A stretch of 64,000 bases of DNA from Parcubacteria group bacterium (lineage in GTDB: Bacteria; Patescibacteriota; Minisyncoccia; Phycocordibacterales; Phycocordibacteraceae), in contig JAQBRE010000002.1 of assembly GCA_028286605.1 (NCBI GenBank), positions 60,219 to 124,218 of the forward strand, read 5' to 3'. The notes beneath the pieces are model-generated. The model made no database searches and was not told the origin of the DNA. It worked only from the letters and a program-made list of their open reading frames with translations. This document shows, piece after piece, positions 54,912 through 63,876 of the stretch (its first letter is position 1; each line of letters starts with the position of its first letter). The position numbers and the translations under genes were made by a program.

Positions 54912-56450
54912 CTAATTTCCATTCGCGGCACTCAACCGATTCAGAAGAGCAGCAAATGCAGCCTCATTCTTCGCGATAATAAGCGTCTGCTTGTCGCGAT
55001 AGCCATATATGAGAACCGTCTGATTTGTACTGTCCTTAAGAATGCGCACATCATGATTCGCCACGGTCGCGTCAATGAAATGCGGCGCCGTAATCACCTG
55101 GGGTGCGGTGCTCGTTCCTACGGGCGCCGCTGACGACATCGGATAGAGCGCTGCAAGATCGCTACCCATAGTCGGTTCCCAGCCAAGCATGCCTGCAAAC
55201 GTGCGCTCATACGAAGTAACATCCAAGATAAAGAATGGAGCGCTCGTACCGCTCACTCGTATCGTACCCACCGTACTGGAGTCATCAATGTTTCGAACAA
55301 GAATGTCTGGTGCGTGCGCGAATATCTGTTTGATGATCGAACCGCCTGGCTGCGGCGTCTTGATGATTCCTGCCTTGCCACTCGTCGTCGTAACGATGTA
55401 GGTAACCGTTATGCTTCCTTCAGTAGACGGTTGCTGCGCAACCTGCACGATGGCCTGTGCGTAGGAAGGCGAATCGCTTGGAATTTCCACCTTCTGGTCT
55501 GCGAATATGAGAGACGGCACCGTGAACGGCGTAGCGATAGGAGAACGCAGTACGACGAACCAATACGCGCTCGCGAGGCCCCCAATTCCCAAAATAACCA
55601 ACAGCACGCCGCCCAAGATGGCCGGTATATTGCTCTTCTTCTTTGATTTCAATACTGCAGGCTTCGGTGTGTTAACGCGTGGGTCACGAGAATCGCTTTG
55701 CGCAGCAAGAACCGAAAAGGTCGAGGCCTTTTCTGAATCTATATGATCTGCAAAGTCGCTCTTGAATGTATGAAGATTGGTCGCTGCCGGTGCTGGTTTT
55801 GGTGCCGTTGGTTTTGGTTCATGATGAAAAAAGTCTGAGAGGGTGTGATGCGGCTCAGCAGGTTTCGGCGATGGTGCCGGAGGCGTGTACGCAGGCGTGG
55901 GTGCTGGCACAGGTTCCGGTTGGTGTGGAGCGGGCTGCGTGAATGCTTGCGGCGCTGGCGGCGGCATGGGTAACGGAGCGGGAGCCGGCGCAGGAACATA
56001 GACGGGAGCGGGTGTCGGTGTCGCAACCGATACGGTCGGTAGCGGTGCTGCAGGTGCCGGAACTGATGTTACCGATGAGGTCGGTACGAATGGAGCTGGT
56101 TCGCCATGCACGCGCGTGCGAAGTCGAGAAAGGATCTCGGCCCGTTTCTCCTTGCTCATCTCAGGCGAAGCAAGATTCAGGTTATCTACCGTGTCTTCTT
56201 TGGTTATTGAAAGGATTTCATCTTGAAGTTCATGTGGCGAATCTGAATCTTTGCGTACGCCCTGTTGCTGAGACGTGTCTATCTCAGCGAACGCCACTCC
56301 AGGAGTAGGTGCTTCTTTCGCAGGCGTAACGCGCCCCGCCTGCGTGCCGGTTAAGCGTGCGACATCTTTCGCGTACGTGCGGATATACGGAGTCGGATCC
56401 GCAGGTGCGGTCGGAGTATGCGGTACCGATGTGACGTGGTCGTCTGCCAT
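54912..56450 (-). CDS. Hypothetical single-pass membrane protein with a Pro-rich cytoplasmic N-terminal half
   Basis: PAPxP repeats in aa 130-230, TM IPAILGGVLLVILGIGGLASAYWFVVL, then a 230-aa external domain. Confidence 0.55.
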   Translation of the reverse strand: MADDHVTSVPHTPTAPADPTPYIRTYAKDVARLTGTQAGRVTPAKEAPTPGVAFAEIDTSQQQGVRKDSDSPHELQDEILSITKEDTVDNLNLASPEMSKEKRAEILSRLRTRVHGEPAPFVPTSSVTSVPAPAAPLPTVSVATPTPAPVYVPAPAPAPLPMPPPAPQAFTQPAPHQPEPVPAPTPAYTPPAPSPKPAEPHHTLSDFFHHEPKPTAPKPAPAATNLHTFKSDFADHIDSEKASTFSVLAAQSDSRDPRVNTPKPAVLKSKKKSNIPAILGGVLLVILGIGGLASAYWFVVLRSPIATPFTVPSLIFADQKVEIPSDSPSYAQAIVQVAQQPSTEGSITVTYIVTTTSGKAGIIKTPQPGGSIIKQIFAHAPDILVRNIDDSSTVGTIRVSGTSAPFFILDVTSYERTFAGMLGWEPTMGSDLAALYPMSSAAPVGTSTAPQVITAPHFIDATVANHDVRILKDSTNQTVLIYGYRDKQTLIIAKNEAAFAALLNRLSAANGN

Positions 56451-56466
56451 GAGCTATGTTCATTGT

Positions 56467-56500
56467 ACACGCCGCGCGGCCCTAGGGCCGCGCGGCGTGT
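56467..56500. terminator. Perfect GC-rich palindrome (bidirectional terminator-like)
   Basis: ACACGCCGCGCGGCCCtagGGCCGCGCGGCGTGT, centred on CTAG like the palindrome at 51573-51588. Confidence 0.6.
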
Positions 56501-56527
56501 GAGTATACTTCCCTCTTTGTGTGCGAT

Positions 56528-57049
56528 CTAATTGATACCGCGTGCGCCGATGAGGAACTTCTTAGGGTTCTCGCACATGTCGGTGAACGCATGCGCTGCT
56601 TCTTTAAGTTTCTGCGAAGAAGACTTGCCGAACGAGACTACTTCAACCTGACAACCCATGTTCATATCGAGATATTCGATAAGCGGTACGAAGTCGCCGT
56701 CCCCTGTCGCGAGGATGATGGTATCGAGCTTCGGTGCGAGCTTTACTGCGTCGATAGCGAGGCCGACGTCCCAGTCTGCCTTCTTTGCACCGTCCGAGAA
56801 GACCTGAAGGCCTTTCACCTTAGTTTCAATGCCTATTTTGGTGAGCGCATCGAAGAAATTGCTCTCTTCCCCGCTTTCCGTACTGATAACGTAGGCGATA
56901 GCGCGTACGAGGATGCGATCCCCCACTGCTTCCGCAAGGACGTTCGCGAAGTTTACGCGAGACTTATAAAGGTGTTTCGCACTGTGATAGAGATTCTGCG
57001 TATCTATGAATACGCCCACGCGCTGTGCGGGATGTTTGATTACTGCCAT
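56528..57049 (-). CDS. NYN-domain (LabA-like) protein
   Basis: ...VGVFIDTQNLYHSAKHL...LVRAIAYV...IILATGDGDFVPLIEYL... matches the NYN/LabA nuclease-fold motifs. Confidence 0.8.
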   Translation of the reverse strand: MAVIKHPAQRVGVFIDTQNLYHSAKHLYKSRVNFANVLAEAVGDRILVRAIAYVISTESGEESNFFDALTKIGIETKVKGLQVFSDGAKKADWDVGLAIDAVKLAPKLDTIILATGDGDFVPLIEYLDMNMGCQVEVVSFGKSSSQKLKEAAHAFTDMCENPKKFLIGARGIN

Positions 57050-57157
57050 AAAAATTCGTTAATGATGTGCGATGCGCGAGCGCAATGCACGGTTTCTTAT
57101 TAAAATCCGTAGCCGAGTCGCTACTGATTGATTCTAGCACTTGCTTACGTAATGAAA

Positions 57158-57186
57158 TGGAAACGGCGGGGATTACCCCGCCGCCT
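57158..57186. terminator. Hairpin terminator downstream of rpsO (minus strand)
   Basis: CGGCGGGGattaCCCCGCCG. Confidence 0.45.
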
Positions 57187-57189
57187 TCC

Positions 57190-57465
57190 CTACTTCTTGA
57201 GACCGAGCTTCTTGATGATGCTGGTGTACTGACGCTTGTTGTTCTTCTCTAGGTAGCGAAGATGTGAGCGGCGGTCTGCAACCATCTGAAGAAGGCCGCG
57301 ACGACTATGAAAATCTTTCTGATTCTTCTTAAGGTGCGCTGTGAGTTCCTCGATTTTACGGGAAAGCAAAGCTACCTGCACGGATGCAGAGCCATTATCG
57401 GTCTCATGGATGGCCGCGTTCTTGATTACTGCGGTCTTTACTCGTTTCGTAAGCATTGGCCTCAT
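57190..57465 (-). CDS. rpsO: 30S ribosomal protein S15
   Basis: ...LTKRVKTAVIK...TDNGSASVQVALLSRKIEELTAHLKKNQKDFHSRRGLLQMVADRRSHLRYL... Confidence 0.9.
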   Translation of the reverse strand: MRPMLTKRVKTAVIKNAAIHETDNGSASVQVALLSRKIEELTAHLKKNQKDFHSRRGLLQMVADRRSHLRYLEKNNKRQYTSIIKKLGLKK

Positions 57466-57620
57466 ACTACCACGCCTTGATTATTTGCGCAAGGGTGGTG
57501 TGGTCCGAAACGCCTCCTCTGTCGGCGGCGCTCCGGGCCGCTCGGCCAAGTCTTACCACCTCCAGACGAGGCATTTCGGACACACTACGTCGTAAAATTA
57601 TCATAGGCTATACTAGATAT

Positions 57621-58544
57621 ATGACTATTGAGGAGTGGAAACGGCAGTTTTTGGAGTATACGGAGATCGAGCGTGGCCGGGCCGTGAAGACTATCGAGAA
57701 TTACGACCACTACCTAAGCCGTTTCTTCGACCAAATGGCTATAAAAGGCCCGAATGACATAACGGAGGAGAAAGTACGTGAATTCCGCCTCTGGCTCAAT
57801 CGTCAGCCCGGTGTTGCGGGCTCCATGAAACGTCGCACCCAGAACTATTACCTGATCGCCCTTCGTGCCTTCCTGAAATTCCTCCGAAAGCGTGGCCAGG
57901 AGAGCCTTTCTCCTGAGGTTATCGAGCTCGCCAAGGTCCCGGAACGTCATCTGGACCTAATATCCCCTGCCGAGCTGGACCGCCTTCTTGCAGCAACAGA
58001 TGGTGCCGACGTAAAATCGTTGCGAGATAAGGCTATTTTGGAGCTTCTCTTCTCCACGGGGCTTCGTGTCTCTGAACTCTGCTCCCTTGATGTCGATCTT
58101 GATCTCACCCGTGATGACTTCCCTATCCGCGGTAAAGGAGACAAAGTGCGCGTCGTATTCCTTTCAGACGAAGCAAAAGATGCGATCCGTAAGTATTTAA
58201 AGGCACGAAAGGATATGGATGAAGCCCTTTTCGTAAATATGCCTCCAATGGCAAGCAAAGATCCAGAGAAAGTCTCTAAGAAAACTCCTACCCGTCTTAC
58301 TCCCCGCTCGGTTGAACGAATGATCAAGATATATGCGGCAAAAGCCGGCATCACGAAGAAAGTAACGCCGCACGTTATGCGTCACTCGTTTGCCACTGAT
58401 TTGCTCAATAATGGAGCTGATATTCGCTCCGTACAACAACTACTTGGCCACGCCTCAATCGTCACCACCCAGATATACACGCACGTTACGGATGCGCATC
58501 TCCGTGAAGTCCACAAGAAATTCCACTCGAAACGCCGGAGCTAA
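57621..58544 (+). CDS. Tyrosine site-specific recombinase, XerC/XerD family
   Basis: Start moved to MTIEEWKRQFLEY (ATG 57621, 6 nt after a TATACT box). C-terminal ...HVMRHSFATDLLNNGADIRSVQQLLGHASIVTTQIYTHV... has the RHRH/Y catalytic signature. Confidence 0.85.
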   Translation: MTIEEWKRQFLEYTEIERGRAVKTIENYDHYLSRFFDQMAIKGPNDITEEKVREFRLWLNRQPGVAGSMKRRTQNYYLIALRAFLKFLRKRGQESLSPEVIELAKVPERHLDLISPAELDRLLAATDGADVKSLRDKAILELLFSTGLRVSELCSLDVDLDLTRDDFPIRGKGDKVRVVFLSDEAKDAIRKYLKARKDMDEALFVNMPPMASKDPEKVSKKTPTRLTPRSVERMIKIYAAKAGITKKVTPHVMRHSFATDLLNNGADIRSVQQLLGHASIVTTQIYTHVTDAHLREVHKKFHSKRRS

Positions 58545-58591
58545 CATGTTCCGGCAACCCAGGACGTGGCTTGAACCATAGTGAATGTAAT

Positions 58592-58624
58592 AAAAACATC
58601 CGCTAGGAGTAGCGGATGTTTTTA
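58592..58624. terminator. Bidirectional rho-independent terminator
   Basis: aaaaACATCCGCTAggagTAGCGGATGTtttt. Confidence 0.65.
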
Positions 58625-58637
58625 AATATTGTTGACT

Positions 58638-58946
58638 CTAGTGGGCTGGAACGGTAACGGTGTCTGGGGCGTCTCCAGGCATCTTTCCCGCGATTGGACT
58701 TTCTGACCCTACTGGCATTGTGTCAAAGTTAGGGACGGCAGCATTGTCTGGTGGAGCGTGTTCAGATATTTTCATCTCAGCTCCACCGATAGCTCCCGCT
58801 GCGGTAGCTGCCAGGGCCGCTGCCCCGAGAAGAATTTTCCCATCTCGTTCAGCATTCTTTTCGTCCTTGGCCACTCTCTCACGATGCTTTTCCTGATCCG
58901 TTTGGACCTTCTTTTCTTTTCCTTTAAACCAGCCTTCCATTCCCAT
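58638..58946 (-). CDS. Hypothetical small protein (K/E-rich N-terminus, Ala/Gly-rich hydrophobic centre)
   Basis: 102-aa ORF, placed between two terminators. Confidence 0.4.
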   Translation of the reverse strand: MGMEGWFKGKEKKVQTDQEKHRERVAKDEKNAERDGKILLGAAALAATAAGAIGGAEMKISEHAPPDNAAVPNFDTMPVGSESPIAGKMPGDAPDTVTVPAH

Positions 58947-59070
58947 AGATATATACGTTAAGAATACAGAATAAGTATAACGTCAAGAATTTACTCGCAA
59001 TACGCGGGTGTGGAAATGATCATTACTAGCAGACTAGGAACCGAATTGGGTTTTGGCGTACAATGGCGGT

Positions 59071-59835
59071 ATGAAAATCGTGTCGTGGAATGTGAATGGA
59101 TTGCGCGCAGTACATCGCAACGGATATTGGCTCCCCTTTTTGAAAGGCGCAAAGCCCGATATATTCTGCTTCCAAGAAGTTAAAGCTGAGCCGGACCAGC
59201 TTCCAGAAGAAGTATTGAATGCAAGTGGATTTTCCGCGTTCTTCGCCCCTTCCAAATTGAAGAAGGGCTATAGCGGCGTTGCTATCTATTCTCGTATTGA
59301 GCCACTCTCGGTTATTTACGGTATGGGAATAAAGGAATTTGATGACGAAGGCAGGCTTGTGGGCGCAGAATACGATGATTTCTGGCTGTTAAATATCTAT
59401 TTCCCTAATGGCGGACGTGGGCCGGATCGTCTTGATTTCAAGCTCCGATACTACGAAGCGTTCTTGGCTTTTTGCGAAGGACTCCGTAAATCAAAGCCGG
59501 TTATATTCTGTGGCGATGTTAATACTGCACACTTCCCTGTTGATCTGGCACGACCTAAAGAGAATGCGAACACAACAGGCTTTCTTCCTATCGAACGCAA
59601 ATGGCTCGATGAGGTTGTAGAAGCTGGCTATGTTGATACGTTCCGTGAAAAGCATCCGCAGCAAAGTGAAGCGTACACATATTGGGATACGTTCACACAT
59701 GCGCGTGAACGAAATGTTGGCTGGCGTATCGATTACTTCTTCGTTGCGAAAGAATTCTTAAAGCACGTTAAGAAAGCGGAGATTCATAGTGATATTTTTG
59801 GCTCAGACCACTGCCCTATTTCAATAACCATCTAA
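59071..59835 (+). CDS. xth: Exodeoxyribonuclease III (AP endonuclease, EEP fold)
   Basis: Start moved to MKIVSWNVNGLRAV (ATG 59071). Ends ...GSDHCPISITI, the Xth/Ape catalytic signature. Confidence 0.9.
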   Translation: MKIVSWNVNGLRAVHRNGYWLPFLKGAKPDIFCFQEVKAEPDQLPEEVLNASGFSAFFAPSKLKKGYSGVAIYSRIEPLSVIYGMGIKEFDDEGRLVGAEYDDFWLLNIYFPNGGRGPDRLDFKLRYYEAFLAFCEGLRKSKPVIFCGDVNTAHFPVDLARPKENANTTGFLPIERKWLDEVVEAGYVDTFREKHPQQSEAYTYWDTFTHARERNVGWRIDYFFVAKEFLKHVKKAEIHSDIFGSDHCPISITI

Positions 59836-59852
59836 CGCAGCATGAGTCGTAT

Positions 59853-59888
59853 AAAGGACATATTGAGTTATCCACTCGCATGTCCTTT
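59853..59888. terminator. Hairpin following xth
   Basis: AAAGGACATattgagttatccactcgcATGTCCTTT, a 9-bp stem. Confidence 0.45.
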
Positions 59889-60114
59889 ACGTTGTCCTTT
59901 ACGGGCGTATGATACGGGAAGAGCGAGGCGGCACAAATCCTGTGAAGGAACTGCCGAACTCGTGTCGGCTGTTCCTTTGGAGATCTTTGTGCCCTATCAG
60001 GCGCTAAACATGTACGGAAACTGACCGACTTAACCTCTAGGAGTTGTCCTAAAATATAAGTGAGTCTGGATCAGATGTTCCACGTGAAAGCGCAGAAGAA
60101 AAACAAAACAAAAT

Positions 60115-60216
60115 AAAGGCCACCCTGAGACAATCAAATTTCTCTGGTGGAGACCACCAAAATTGCCCTGCCCCATATATCGGTCTCTGCCCCAAGATTG
60201 TAGGTGGCCTTTTTCG
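60115..60216 (+). ncRNA. Candidate small structured RNA in the xth-cca intergenic region (speculative; strand unknown)
   Basis: AAAGGCCACC (60115-24) pairs with GGTGGCCTTT (60203-12) and is followed by a T-run. Internal hairpin GGTGGagaCCACC. Flanked by copies of the TTCCACGTGAAA motif. Confidence 0.2.
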
Positions 60217-60260
60217 TACCTGTTCCATGTGAAACGTTCAATATTATAAGGTTTTCATAG

Positions 60261-60296
60261 CAAAACGGCCTGAAATATATATTTCAGGCCGTTTTG
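60261..60296. terminator. Perfect 16-bp palindrome; terminator for cca (minus strand)
   Basis: CAAAACGGCCTGAAATATATATTTCAGGCCGTTTTG, 35 nt downstream of the cca stop. Confidence 0.65.
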
Positions 60297-60330
60297 CTAT
60301 GTTTCACGTGAAAGATTTGAGCTTAAATGG

Positions 60331-61794
60331 CTAGGAAACGTTGTGTTTTGCTAGTATTTTCTGTAATTCCTCCTCTTCCTTCTGCTCAAGCTTCTTTCGG
60401 CCTGAATCGCCCAGTTCCTTAAGCTTTTCATCTGAAAGGGAAATGAGCTCTTTAGTTCGGAAATCAAGGTATTCCTGGGTATTTAGAGCAGGATCTTCCA
60501 GAACGTCATCTAGCAGGGCGTTAAGCATCCAGCCTAGGCGTGGGCCTGGTTCCACATGAAACGCTTCCATAATATGGCTACCGTCTGTTTTTAGAAGTCC
60601 TACGGAGATAGGGTCACGAAGCGCCTCATCAACCATGGCCTTGTACTTACGGAACCTGAATGGCTGTTCCTTTGGGCGGCCGGTACCAATTCGGTCGCAG
60701 ATACGAAGATTGAGCAAATCCCAGATATTCTCTTCGCCAACGTTCCGGATCATACGGCGAACGGCTGAAAGGGTAATCTGGTCTGGATCGCTGAAAAACA
60801 TGTGCCAACGGACCAATTTACTCACTCTTTCAATAGTTTCACGTGAAAACTTCATATTTTCCAAGGCTTTGCGTGTTACACGCGAACCAACCACCTCATG
60901 GCCGTGGAAGGTCCAATCGTTCTTTTCATCAGACCAGCGACGGGTTTCTGGCTTGGAAACGTCGTGGAACACTGCGGCAAGGCGAATATCGAAGGGCCAG
61001 TCCTTATCAGCAGCATGCTGGAGTGCACGCATCAAATGGCCGAATACATCGTAGCTGTGTGCCTGATTCTGTTCTATACCGATTCCACGAGTCAGATCAG
61101 GGGCTATATATTCAAGGATTCCAAGCTGCTGAGCCAGTACGAGGGCCTGCATAGGCTGTTTAGACTCCAATATGCGTACGAACTCATCACGGATTCTTTC
61201 ACGTGAAACATGGCTCAAATTAGGGCCTTTCTCCAGTATTGCGGCTGCCGTATCAGCATCCAGGGCAAATTCTAGCTCTGCAACCAAGCGAACTGCGCGC
61301 ATAAGACGTAACGCATCTTCTTCGAAACGATCAGCAGCAATGCCGACCGTGCGCAGCACCTTCAGTTCGATGTCCTTTTGTCCTTTATAGGGGTCAATCA
61401 ATTGTCCTTTAGACTCATCATAGGCGATGGCGTTCACAGTGAAGTCTCGACGGGCAAGATCCTCCTCAAGATTATCTCCGAAGGTGACTTCATCAGGGCG
61501 GCGCTTATCGGTGTACGCGCTTTCGGTGCGATAGGGAGTTACCTCTATAAGCGCGAGGCGCTCGTCTTCAGAACCGGTCTTAACTCCAACAGTACCGAAA
61601 TCGTTCTCGTAGAAGGATTCAGGGAAGAGACGCTGTATATCTTCAGGCTTCGCATTCGTGGTGAGATCCCAGTCTTTAGGGGTTCGATCAAGCAGCAAAT
61701 CGCGTACGCAGCCGCCCACGAGATATGCCTCGAAACCGCCAGCCCGAAGGCCCTCGGCAACGGTTCGCACCTCGCTTGGAACTCGCATGGTCAT
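60331..61794 (-). CDS. cca: CCA-adding tRNA nucleotidyltransferase with C-terminal HD domain
   Basis: ...YLVGGCVRDLLLDRTPKDWDLTT... polymerase-beta-type head motif and a downstream HD-domain H...HD pattern. Confidence 0.9.
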   Translation of the reverse strand: MTMRVPSEVRTVAEGLRAGGFEAYLVGGCVRDLLLDRTPKDWDLTTNAKPEDIQRLFPESFYENDFGTVGVKTGSEDERLALIEVTPYRTESAYTDKRRPDEVTFGDNLEEDLARRDFTVNAIAYDESKGQLIDPYKGQKDIELKVLRTVGIAADRFEEDALRLMRAVRLVAELEFALDADTAAAILEKGPNLSHVSRERIRDEFVRILESKQPMQALVLAQQLGILEYIAPDLTRGIGIEQNQAHSYDVFGHLMRALQHAADKDWPFDIRLAAVFHDVSKPETRRWSDEKNDWTFHGHEVVGSRVTRKALENMKFSRETIERVSKLVRWHMFFSDPDQITLSAVRRMIRNVGEENIWDLLNLRICDRIGTGRPKEQPFRFRKYKAMVDEALRDPISVGLLKTDGSHIMEAFHVEPGPRLGWMLNALLDDVLEDPALNTQEYLDFRTKELISLSDEKLKELGDSGRKKLEQKEEEELQKILAKHNVS

Positions 61795-61854
61795 TAGGAA
61801 AATACTAGTACGCGCCTCGCCATTCTCCTAGCTCTGGCGTACTATCAATCGCAG

Positions 61855-61929
61855 GCTCCTGTAGTGAAATGGATATCATAACTGACTTCGGATCAGTCGT
61901 TCCAGGTTCGAGTCCTGGCGGGAGCACCA
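61855..61929 (+). tRNA. tRNA-Arg (TCG), CCA encoded
   Basis: GCTCCTG...anticodon stem ACTGA/TCAGT with loop CTTCGGA, T-arm CCAGGTTCGAGTCCTGG, acceptor CGGGAGC-A-CCA. Confidence 0.8.
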
Positions 61930-61977
61930 ACAGTTTTGAGGCGTGCCATGTGAAACATACGGTATAGTGGGGGAATC

Positions 61978-62979
61978 ATGAGCGCTGTTTTGCGAGCATT
62001 CGCCGGGCCGATCATCGTTGCGATCGTTGCTCTTGCCGGCGTATACCTCTGGGGTGGGGGACACGCATTCTATCTGGCAGGCCTGCTGGTATTGCTTGAG
62101 ATAACGCTGTCATTCGATAACGCGGTCGTGAATGCGCAGATTTTGGCGCATATGACGCCGAAGTGGCAGAAGCGCTTCCTGACGTGGGGTATCGCTATCG
62201 CTGTCATTGGTACTCGTTTCCTGTTGCCGATACTTATCGTGAGTGCTGGCGTGGGCGCCTCGCCGCTATTCATCGCGAAGGTCGCCGCATATGATCCTGC
62301 GGAGTACGGACGCTTGCTCGATGGTGCGCGTCACGCCATCTCGGCATTCGGCGGTATCTTCCTGCTTATGGTGTCCTTGAAGTACTTCTTTGATGACAAT
62401 AAGAAAGTGCACTGGATCCGCGTTATTGAACGCTTCGTTGCGGGGTGGGGAAAGATAGAGTCTATAGAAATCGCCATATGCCTCGTGGTGCTTGCTGGCT
62501 TAGCGCTCCTGCTGCCCGCACAAGCCTCGACAATCCTTCTTGCAGGAATAGTGGGCATCGTACTGTTTGTCGCCGTCCAGGGCATTGCTAGTGCCTTTAC
62601 GAAGGATGCTGAGGCAGCGGTGGGAACGGGAAGCGTCGCGCTTTTCATATACCTGAACGTTCTGGATGCTGCGTTCTCGCTAGATGGTGTCGTGGGCGCC
62701 TTCGCGCTTACGAATGAACTCGTGCTTATCGTCATTGGCTTGGGTATCGGTGCCTATTTCGTTCGTTCGTTGACGCTGTATCTGGTACGCCGGAGGACGC
62801 TCGAGGCTCTGATGTATCTTGAGCATGGAGCGCACTGGGCAATACTGGCATTGGCGATAGCGCTTATTACGAGCATCTTCGTTACGGTGCCGGATATCAT
62901 TACAGGTTCTGTTGGCTTGATATTCGTTGGGGCGGCATATTATTCATCGGTACAGTTAGCTCGAAAGGGAAGCGTGTAA
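61978..62979 (+). CDS. TerC/DUF475-family integral membrane protein
   Basis: ...LLEITLSFDNAVVNAQIL... hallmark TerC-family motif, about 9 TM segments, 333 aa. Confidence 0.75.
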   Translation: MSAVLRAFAGPIIVAIVALAGVYLWGGGHAFYLAGLLVLLEITLSFDNAVVNAQILAHMTPKWQKRFLTWGIAIAVIGTRFLLPILIVSAGVGASPLFIAKVAAYDPAEYGRLLDGARHAISAFGGIFLLMVSLKYFFDDNKKVHWIRVIERFVAGWGKIESIEIAICLVVLAGLALLLPAQASTILLAGIVGIVLFVAVQGIASAFTKDAEAAVGTGSVALFIYLNVLDAAFSLDGVVGAFALTNELVLIVIGLGIGAYFVRSLTLYLVRRRTLEALMYLEHGAHWAILALAIALITSIFVTVPDIITGSVGLIFVGAAYYSSVQLARKGSV

Positions 62980-63042
62980 GCAGAAGTGATGCAGGTATCG
63001 TTCTAGCGTCTTGCCCGCGGGGATGCTATTATCGGCCCTGAA

Positions 63043-63113
63043 GCGGATATGGTTTAGTGGTAAAACGCGTCCTTGCCAAGGACGAGTCGGGAGTTCGATT
63101 CTCCCTATCCGCA
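63043..63113 (+). tRNA. tRNA-Gly (GCC)
   Basis: GCGGATATGGTTTAGTGGTAAAAC... anticodon stem CGTCC/GGACG with loop TTGCCAA, T-arm GGGAGTTCGATTCTCCC. CCA not encoded. Confidence 0.9.
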
Positions 63114-63144
63114 CCGAAAGGGAATTGGGCGTGGAAACAGGAAG

Positions 63145-63182
63145 ATATCAAAAGGACGGCCGAAAGGCCGTCCTTTTGATAT
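63145..63182. terminator. Rho-independent terminator after tRNA-Gly
   Basis: ATATCAAAAGGACGGCCgaaaGGCCGTCCTTTTGATAT. Confidence 0.6.
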
Positions 63183-63295
63183 GTGAAAAACAGGGGATAA
63201 GTCTGTGCATAGTGGGGATAAAGGACAGGGAATTCAGAAGTTCTTTAGAACTATTTTAAATAATCTTCAGTACCTAGGCTGTATTATTCAAGGTC

Positions 63296-63691
63296 GTGGA
63301 CTTTAGTATTTCTTCACGTAAAGACATCGGGAATCACGGCGAATCGGTCGCCGTGGAGTATTTAAGACGTCTTGGTTTTAGAATCCTTGGGAGAAACATC
63401 GCTTTCAAGACAGGGGAGTTGGATATCGTTGCGCAAAAGGGAAGCGTGGTGCACATAGTAGAAGTGAAGACGCTGCTATGCCAGGATTTTCCTGACGCAA
63501 GAAGATCTCAGGATCGATATGATCCGGCAGACAATCTGAGTATCCATAAACTGCGGAAGGTAACACGAACGGCAGAATGGTATCTGGCTCAGAAAGGTTG
63601 GGAAGGGGAGTGGCAGATAGACGGGGCATTAGTATGGTTACGCGCGCACGATGGAGTCGCTCGCGTACGGTATTTGCCGCAGGTGGGCTAA
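63296..63691 (+). CDS. yraN: YraN/UPF0102-family predicted endonuclease
   Basis: GTG start. ...IGNHGESVAVEYLRRLGFRILGRNIAFKTGELDIVAQKGSVVHIVEVKT... matches the UPF0102 core. Confidence 0.7.
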   Translation: MDFSISSRKDIGNHGESVAVEYLRRLGFRILGRNIAFKTGELDIVAQKGSVVHIVEVKTLLCQDFPDARRSQDRYDPADNLSIHKLRKVTRTAEWYLAQKGWEGEWQIDGALVWLRAHDGVARVRYLPQVG

Positions 63692-63749
63692 AATTTAAAA
63701 TCTGGTAGGATGCATCTACGCGGGCCTACGGCCCGCGAACAAGACACCT

Positions 63750-63820
63750 CGGGGTGTCGTATACCGGTAGTACGACTGGTTTGGGACCAGTTAGACGGGG
63801 TTCAATTCCCCGCACCCCGA
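63750..63820 (+). tRNA. tRNA-Pro (TGG)
   Basis: CGGGGTG...anticodon stem ACTGG/CCAGT with loop TTTGGGA, T-arm CGGGGTTCAATTCCCCG, acceptor CACCCCG-A. Preceded by hairpin CGCGGGCCtacGGCCCGCG. Confidence 0.75.
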
Positions 63821-63876
63821 CAAAATTGAGACTTCTTCACATGTTTCGCAGTTCGATAGGGTAGTATCAACTACTT

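Noticed and set aside
59842-60024. 60-aa plus-strand ORF after xth
   Set aside because: It spans a terminator hairpin and a repeat-rich spacer and has Cys/Arg-rich composition. The spacer is more likely non-coding RNA or regulatory.
63011-63259. 82-aa ORF overlapping tRNA-Gly
   Set aside because: It covers the tRNA-Gly gene and its terminator.
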